Assembly: GCA_965218095.1 (NCBI GenBank)
Contig: OZ244587.1
Coordinates: 128,001-192,000, forward strand
Direction of reading: 5' to 3'
From: Candidatus Poribacteria bacterium
GTDB taxonomy: Bacteria; Poribacteria; WGA-4E; PCPOR2b
DNA length: 64,000 nucleotides
Part shown: positions 58,141 to 64,000 of the stretch, in pieces
Position numbering within the stretch: position 1 is the stretch's first letter
Layout of the letters: every line of letters begins with the position of its first letter
Translations under genes and position numbers: made by a program
The notes under the pieces: model-generated
Databases searched by the model: none
What the model was told of the DNA's origin: nothing
What the model saw: only the letters and a program-made list of their open reading frames with translations

Positions 58141-59037
58141 TCATTCGTTTTTGAGGTTCACGAAAATTAGGGCGAAAATCGTCGCAACCACACCAATCAT
58201 CGACTTCCGGTCCAGCCGCTCGCCAAGCAGCAAAACCCCAATCACCATGGTAAACAACACGGTCCCTGAACCTGAAACCGGGAAAGCAATCAGGGCGTCA
58301 ATCCGGTCTAGCGCGTTCAGAAACGCCCAACTGCCGGCCATGTTGCAGACACCGAGGAGAGCGCCGTAGAAAGTCTCCCATCGCGTCGGTGCGATCTTAT
58401 GATAGAAGGAGGCGCCGGCGTAAGCGATTGCGGTTGCGCCGAAGAGAAAGAGCAGATACATCGGCTTCTGGTCAATTGGACACATTTCGTTGAACGCTTT
58501 CATTGTCAGCCGCGAGACGCTAGAGTTGATAAAGAGGAGCATCACAACGAATAAACCTAACCCTCCACCTGCTGTCCCGACTTCCCTCCTTCCTTTCTTC
58601 CATTCCTTTCTTTCATGCCTTCCAGTCTCCTTTTCCTGTTTCGTGCCAAGGAGTGGCAGCGCACAACACGCGAGTGTGATACCAACCGCCTGCCAAACGT
58701 TAGGGATTTCACCCCAGAACAAGATCGCGAACACAATGGGTACCACGAGCGACAAACGCACAACGGCAATTGTCACGATGATTCCGCTTAAACGCATACC
58801 GAGTATGACCAGCCCCAGTCCGGTAGAGTAAGCGATACCATTTGTCAAACCGAAGGCAAAAGTCAGTTCGGTGAATTCAAAGCTACCCACTTGAGCCGCT
58901 GACCATACGCTCATCAGAAACGCGATTAGATAGTTCACAAAGCCGATTGGCGTAAGGCGATGTCCACGATTTTGGGCGTGCTTCAGGATAAGCCCAAACC
59001 CGGAGATTAGTACAATATGCAGGATGAGGAACAGCAT
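58141..59037 (-). CDS. DMT/EamA-family transporter
   Basis: About 10 TM segments in two repeats; ILFWGE.P, LLLGERL. Confidence 0.88.
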   Translation of the reverse strand: MLFLILHIVLISGFGLILKHAQNRGHRLTPIGFVNYLIAFLMSVWSAAQVGSFEFTELTFAFGLTNGIAYSTGLGLVILGMRLSGIIVTIAVVRLSLVVPIVFAILFWGEIPNVWQAVGITLACCALPLLGTKQEKETGRHERKEWKKGRREVGTAGGGLGLFVVMLLFINSSVSRLTMKAFNEMCPIDQKPMYLLFLFGATAIAYAGASFYHKIAPTRWETFYGALLGVCNMAGSWAFLNALDRIDALIAFPVSGSGTVLFTMVIGVLLLGERLDRKSMIGVVATIFALIFVNLKNE

Positions 59038-60020
59038 TATCCCTCCTGCATCGGCAAGACGACCTTGATCTTCTTTTTTGCTGAGCGGTAAGTTGCTAGG
59101 ACAACCTCAACGGCATGGCGTCCGGCCCTGCCATCAACCAAGGGTGTTGTACCGTCACGGATACAATCGACGAAATGGGTCAATTCGCCGGCGACGCCAT
59201 GGGGCACGGTGCGATCGGGGGTGAGCGCCTTCCACTCCGATTCGCCGAATTTTTTGAGGTGCGCGACGTCGGCTCCCATATCGAGCCGAAGCGAGCCTTT
59301 CGATCCGTCAATGATGGTGTCGTTTGTGCCGCGTGCGCCCATGAATCCGCCCCAACGCAATATACCAACTGCGCCGGCATCGTACCGAATTAGTGAGATG
59401 GTGTAGTCTTCCCAATCGTCATGTCCAGAAAAACTGCCCACTTCTGCTGCAACCGTCACGGCCGTTCCACCAAACCAGTTGATGAGATCGGACTTGTGGA
59501 TGCCATTCTCAAGAAGACCACCGACGCTACCGTACCAGGTTGACGGACGTTTACGCGGCCCGCGATAGGTGCCGCTGTAATCCGTTTCGATATAGACCAC
59601 ATCCCCAATTTCGCCATCATCAACCAACTGCTTGCCGAGAACATGCACCGGATAGAAACGGAGGACTTGACCAACCATCAGATGTGTACGCGCCTTGTCC
59701 GCCGCCTCAATCATCGCGTCGGCATCAGCGAGGGTGAGAGAGAGTGGCTTTTCACAAAAAGTATGGACACCCGCCGCCGCCGCCGCAACGATCACCTCCC
59801 GATGTGCCACAGGCGGCGTTGCGACCACGACCCCATCCACAATTTCTAGCAGTTCGCGGTAATCCTGAAACGCACGGATCTGATGCTGTTTGGCGACAGC
59901 CTGCGCTGCCTCAAGTCGAATATCCGCGACACCGACAAATCCACAATTTTCAACCTTGGGCAGCGAATTGCAATGGGCGCTGCCCATGCCTCCTGTACCG
60001 ATAACGCCAATGCGTGTCAT
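59037..60020 (-). CDS. Gfo/Idh/MocA oxidoreductase
   Basis: RIGVIGTGGMG, FCEKPL, GGLLENGIH..D. Confidence 0.93.
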   Translation of the reverse strand: MTRIGVIGTGGMGSAHCNSLPKVENCGFVGVADIRLEAAQAVAKQHQIRAFQDYRELLEIVDGVVVATPPVAHREVIVAAAAAGVHTFCEKPLSLTLADADAMIEAADKARTHLMVGQVLRFYPVHVLGKQLVDDGEIGDVVYIETDYSGTYRGPRKRPSTWYGSVGGLLENGIHKSDLINWFGGTAVTVAAEVGSFSGHDDWEDYTISLIRYDAGAVGILRWGGFMGARGTNDTIIDGSKGSLRLDMGADVAHLKKFGESEWKALTPDRTVPHGVAGELTHFVDCIRDGTTPLVDGRAGRHAVEVVLATYRSAKKKIKVVLPMQEG

Positions 60021-60033
60021 GCTTTTCTCCTAA

Positions 60034-61344
60034 TCAGACGCTGGTACGCCCCTCTTTTTGCAGAATATCTCCTGCGATCGCGTATGTCATTCCGTGCATA
60101 GCAATAACTACCAGTCCAAGGCCCGCCGCCAGATAGCCACCCATATAGAGGTTCGGGATATTGACCACCTCGGCGTTATGCGGGTGCGTCGCTACCTGGT
60201 GCAATTGAAAGCGGTAATTATCATATTTTTCCACCAGTTTCAATGGCTCAAACCCTGCAAACAGGGAATAGTCCACAATACCGCCAATCTCCAGGATAAC
60301 ATGCTCGGCATCGATTATCTTTGTCCCTCCTTGGCCATCCACTGTTACCAAACCCCTAGACTGACCCTCCTCAATCTTGCAGACGTGGGTTCGATACAGC
60401 GTCTGAAAACGCGGGTCTCGACTCTCCATGATCTCCGCAAGGCGGGCGTAATAAGGCAGCCCGTAGCGGTTATCGCTGATTAACCGCCAATGTCCATCAA
60501 ACGGCTGACGCATCACATAGTAGACCTGTTTGCCCGCATCGTAAAGTTCCGTCGCCGCCCAATCCGCGGATCGGCCGCCACCGACAACGACTACCCGCTC
60601 GCCGAAGAAATCCTCCGGTCGATCGTAGCTTTTCACTACAAACGGGAGATCTTCTCCAGGGACGTCAAGCCGCCGGAGGATGCACCGCTGTCCCACAGCG
60701 TAAACCAGGTATGTGCAAGTATACTGATGGATTGTCTCCGTCCCGACATCCTTGCTCGTGACCAGGAAGCCGCGTTCATGCAGCTCAATCCGTATCACCT
60801 TCTCGTAGGTATCGATGCGGTCGGTTTGTGCAAATCGGGCGGGAATGGTGTGATAGTAATGCAGCAGGTCGCCCTTGATGATCAGATCATTGACATTTAA
60901 GTCAATTTCCTGTTCTTCGACATGTTGCGCCAGCGGATAGAATGCAAATTCCATCCACTGCCCCGGGGAAAGAGTCAAGAGATTCTGTGGCACATTGTTC
61001 CACAGCCCGCCGACCTCTTCTTGGGTAATGAGCAAGTAATCTATCGGCTCTGCCTGCCGAAATTCGACTGCAATCTGCGCAAGTTCCTCAAACAACTGTC
61101 GCGGATGATGGAGCAGTCGGAAGAGATCCACTGGTGGGATGCCGTTTCTGGACAACGCCTTAAAATCCAACCCTAGAAGGGGCCCTTTGATGCGCGTTAG
61201 CTCCTCGGCCAACTGTGGGTAGCGCAGGCTGAACATACGGCTCCTGCGATAGTAGGGATGCCAGCCCCCCAACACGACGGCAAGCGCAAGTCCGGCGGGT
61301 CCCCCGCCCACGATAATTACGGTATAATGTTCTATATGCTGCAA
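60034..61344 (-). CDS. FAD/NAD(P)-dependent oxidoreductase, OSGIN1/OKL38-like
   Basis: IIVGGGPAG, GGLW, TLSPGQWM, GDLLHYY, VVVGGGRSAD. Confidence 0.75.
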   Translation of the reverse strand: MQHIEHYTVIIVGGGPAGLALAVVLGGWHPYYRRSRMFSLRYPQLAEELTRIKGPLLGLDFKALSRNGIPPVDLFRLLHHPRQLFEELAQIAVEFRQAEPIDYLLITQEEVGGLWNNVPQNLLTLSPGQWMEFAFYPLAQHVEEQEIDLNVNDLIIKGDLLHYYHTIPARFAQTDRIDTYEKVIRIELHERGFLVTSKDVGTETIHQYTCTYLVYAVGQRCILRRLDVPGEDLPFVVKSYDRPEDFFGERVVVVGGGRSADWAATELYDAGKQVYYVMRQPFDGHWRLISDNRYGLPYYARLAEIMESRDPRFQTLYRTHVCKIEEGQSRGLVTVDGQGGTKIIDAEHVILEIGGIVDYSLFAGFEPLKLVEKYDNYRFQLHQVATHPHNAEVVNIPNLYMGGYLAAGLGLVVIAMHGMTYAIAGDILQKEGRTSV

Positions 61345-61454
61345 TCACTCACCTCTAAGAACATCTGAGCTCCCACTGGTGCTTCCGGGTCATCTTCGTT
61401 AAATATCGAATCATCGTATCAACCAACTTATCCGGGTGGCCATCGTCTCCTTTT

Positions 61455-62354
61455 TTATTTTCTCACGTCTGCACATAAGACCTGATTAGCCAGCCCCAAC
61501 TGACCCGCAAGATCATTGATGAATTGACAGGCGACACGCCCCGATCGCCCACTCGATGAGGCTTCCCACTCCAACGCTCTGCGATGTAGCTCCTCTATCG
61601 GGACGGACAAACCACGCTTTTTCGCATAATGAGAGACGATCTGTAGATAGGTTGCTTGAGAGATTCGGTAGAAGGCAAGGCGCAGTCCAAATCGATCACT
61701 GAGTGAAACCTTCTCTTCGGTTGTCTCACGCGGATACAACTCGTCCTCATCACTCTGAGGATACTGATTTTCGCCGATTTGGCGCGGCATCAAGTGACGG
61801 CGATTTGATGTGGCGTAGATGAGAGTGTTATCAGGACGCGCAGCAATTCCACCCTCAAGCATCGCTTTCAGTTCTCTGTATTCGGCTTCCCCCTCACTGA
61901 AGGAGAGGTCATCGCAAAAGAGGATATACCGTTCGGGGCGTTCCCAAAGCAGGCCCGCAATCTCTTGAAGGTGAAGAAGCCCCTCTTTGCTTACCTCGAT
62001 TAGCCGCAAACCCTCCGGCGCATATCGATGGAGTATACCTTTGATGAGCGATGATTTGCCCGTGCCGCGATCGCCCCACAATAAAATATGGTTCGCCGGC
62101 AAACCACGTAGAAACTGCCGCGTATTCCGATCTAATTCGTCAATTTGCCGGTCAACCCCGATCAGGTCCGCGATGTCTACAAGGTCAGGGTGTCTGACGG
62201 GAATTAAACGTTGATTCCGCCACCGAAAGGCAATATGTCCATTGAGTTGTTCGAGAGGGCTGTCGATAGCGGCGACTATTTGTGTCAATAGTGCTTCCGC
62301 TTTGTCGAGCAGTTGTTCTACGCGAGGAATAATCGCTTTCCAATCTTGTGTCAT
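61455..62354 (-). CDS. DUF815 AAA+ ATPase
   Basis: LLWGDRGTGKSS, LFCDDLSF, YATSNRRHL, EKVSLSDRFGL, GRSGRVA.QF. Confidence 0.92.
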   Translation of the reverse strand: MTQDWKAIIPRVEQLLDKAEALLTQIVAAIDSPLEQLNGHIAFRWRNQRLIPVRHPDLVDIADLIGVDRQIDELDRNTRQFLRGLPANHILLWGDRGTGKSSLIKGILHRYAPEGLRLIEVSKEGLLHLQEIAGLLWERPERYILFCDDLSFSEGEAEYRELKAMLEGGIAARPDNTLIYATSNRRHLMPRQIGENQYPQSDEDELYPRETTEEKVSLSDRFGLRLAFYRISQATYLQIVSHYAKKRGLSVPIEELHRRALEWEASSSGRSGRVACQFINDLAGQLGLANQVLCADVRK

Positions 62355-62412
62355 ATCGCTGATAATTCGAGTCTCTTTTCTGAGACGCCCCATACTTGCG
62401 ATCGTACAAAGT

Positions 62413-62870
62413 CTAGGGGTTTGCCGGATTGACAACGGTTAATCCTTCAGCGGCAGCTACGTTGCATAGATTGGTATCCGCACAAATGAAGGAATCAAGG
62501 ACTTGCTGTCCTCGAAGACCAGCGTCACGGCAAGCTGGATCGCATCCAGTGTTCGGAGGTTGCTTACCGTTGCGTGAGTCGAGAGTAGCAGTTCTGCTTC
62601 CTGAAAATGATACGTGAGAATGGGAATGACCTAGTATACACCACTTGCAACATCTGTAAGAACTTGACTGCAAACCAAATGGAAATCCGGGGTTGAAAGG
62701 TTCTCCATGCGAACTTTTTTGGCAAACACAGATCGAAGTTCAACGACACCCAACCGTGAGATGAAATGAATTGCATCCGGTTCAGCAAGGATTGCATCAA
62801 CTTGTGCCATACCAACTTCAACATAATAGTGCTTGGCAATAGTACTCGTATCTCAATAATGATAGGTCAT
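62413..62870 (-). pseudogene. VapC-type PIN toxin pseudogene
   Basis: MTYHY*DTSTIAKHY..., LRTLDAIQLA, FICADTNL..AAAEGL.V.NP; two stops and a frameshift. Confidence 0.75.
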
Positions 62871-63166
62871 CCTCACTCTCCACGTTCTGCAATAATTTCT
62901 GCACTTTGCAATAATTTCTGCACTTAATGAGCCGCCGGACTTCGCTAAGATCTTTTGCACTCTTTCGAGAGAAATGGAATCATCCGCCTGACTCCGGGCG
63001 TACTCAAGGAATTCCTTATCGACTAAATCGTCCGTTTTTTTTCAAATCGGGCAGTCACCTCTGCCTCAAGCATACGGAGTTTATCCTCATCGAGTTGGTC
63101 TAATGTCGCAAGTAGGGTGTCAAAAGAGATTTGAACATTTATTGGATCGGTTCGTTCCGTTTTCAT
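62870..63166 (-). pseudogene. Cognate antitoxin, frameshifted
   Basis: MKTERTDPINVQISFDTLL..., then SLERVQKILAKSGGSLSAEIIA in a shifted frame; 19-bp tandem duplication at 62888-62925. Confidence 0.55.
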
Positions 63167-63244
63167 CGAAGGTTTCCTTTCATTCAGTGTGAAGTTTGAA
63201 AAGATTTTATCAGAAACTGAAATTGAATGCAAGGTTATTGAGAC

Positions 63245-63277
63245 AAAACAAAAAAGCCCCGCTGATTGAGCAGGACT
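63245..63277 (-). terminator. Rho-independent terminator after the methyltransferase
   Basis: AGTCCTGCT-CAATC-AGCGGGGCT-TTTTT on the minus strand. Confidence 0.65.
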
Positions 63278-63320
63278 CGTATTATGCAGATCTTCACTCA
63301 GGAATGCCTAATTCACTCAG

Positions 63321-64000
63321 TCAAATGTCCAACTCGCCACACTTTTTCTCCTTGCGAAAGATCAAGATGAACTGATGCAACTGGTTGGAAACGTAGGCAT
63401 ACGGATAGCCGAAGGGATACAATTTCAGCGACTTATCGTACCAGATCTTGTAGCCGCGAAACCGCAGGTTTTCCACGTCAGCGAGCGCGTTGACAACATC
63501 AGCGTGAATCATATTGTGGTGGGTCTCCATCGGCTGGAGGTCTTTGCAGAAAATCACGACGTACCCTTTCGGTTTGAGGAAACCCATCACCGCTTGGACT
63601 ACCTCCCTCAACGATGCGTAAAATTGAGCGGGTGGCATGTTCCCCAAATCTTCTGTGTCTTCTGTGAAGGGAGTTGCACTGTCATCGCCTGTCTTCTTCT
63701 TTCGTTCGCCGGTACGTTTTCGAGAGAGCATGTCACCATAAGGCGGATCAGTCAGGATTAGATTAAACGGTTTTTCGTCCTTCAAAATCTTCGCTAAGTT
63801 CCGCGCATCGCCGCAAAAGACCGGTTGCGGTTCGAGGTTAAGTTCAGCCGATGCCTGATGATAAAGATCCAAGTACTCCTGCGAGAGGTCGATGCCGCCC
63901 CCCTGTCGTCCTGTCATTGCACACGCCAATAGCGTGCCGCCGACTCCGACAAACGGATCCAGGACTCGCTCGCTTTTCTTCGTAAAAAACTCAATCAGAC
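63321..64000 (-). CDS. DNA methyltransferase-like protein (5' end outside the window)
   Basis: FFTKKSERVLDPFVGVGGT, ILTDPPY; the frame is open to the window edge. Confidence 0.8.
   Translation of the reverse strand, partial: LIEFFTKKSERVLDPFVGVGGTLLACAMTGRQGGGIDLSQEYLDLYHQASAELNLEPQPVFCGDARNLAKILKDEKPFNLILTDPPYGDMLSRKRTGERKKKTGDDSATPFTEDTEDLGNMPPAQFYASLREVVQAVMGFLKPKGYVVIFCKDLQPMETHHNMIHADVVNALADVENLRFRGYKIWYDKSLKLYPFGYPYAYVSNQLHQFILIFRKEKKCGELDI

Noticed and set aside
62853-62855. In-frame TGA at codon 6 of the PIN toxin as Sec or alternative-code Trp/Gly
   Set aside because: The same gene also has a TAG stop and a frameshift, and many intact genes in the window end in TGA, so the standard code applies.
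268-63761. Numerous overlapping antisense or alternate-frame ORFs in the track (e.g. 1977-2651, 8043-8840, 52983-53849, 56363-57124)
   Set aside because: They overlap well-supported genes on the opposite strand and show no recognisable motifs.
1-64000. tRNA (including tRNA-Sec), rRNA, integrase or prophage genes
   Set aside because: No cloverleaf/T-loop pattern, rRNA signature or integrase motif was recognised by eye; tRNAscan-SE or Aragorn would be decisive.

Overview
Bacterial genomic window. A Kelch protein ending in AVSPQGRLATMWGEIK, plus PhyH-dioxygenase and ankyrin proteins, suggests Ca. Poribacteria or a relative (inference). Housekeeping genes include dapA, an EF-G paralog, a tRNA nucleotidyltransferase, trpS, scpA, larB, alaS and recX, among many IS remnants and pseudogenes. 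Main points: (1) Two genes contain an in-frame UGA that the ORF track misses. One is a UGSC-family selenoprotein (2633-3199). The other is an apparently unusual secreted beta-barrel-like protein with an N-terminal CxxU motif (10308-11360). Both UGAs are followed by hairpins whose GT-starting loop lies exactly at +20..+22. (2) The CxxU gene follows a DUF2946/CruR-like CxxC+RAPP leader gene and lies next to a PhnCDE-like (putative selenate) ABC system. (3) That ABC operon is split by a ~14.5 kb same-strand defence island: complete Zorya type I, a DUF433/PIN TA pair, a DUF4268 protein, an orphan HsdS with twin TRDs and an adenine MTase. (4) A type II RM system is inserted between scpA and a truncated scpB; its REase carries a nonsense codon inside a perfect 16-bp inverted repeat. 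(5) A flavoprotein resembles animal OSGIN1/OKL38. No rRNA, tRNA or CRISPR array was recognised. All family assignments come from motif recognition by eye, not from database searches.
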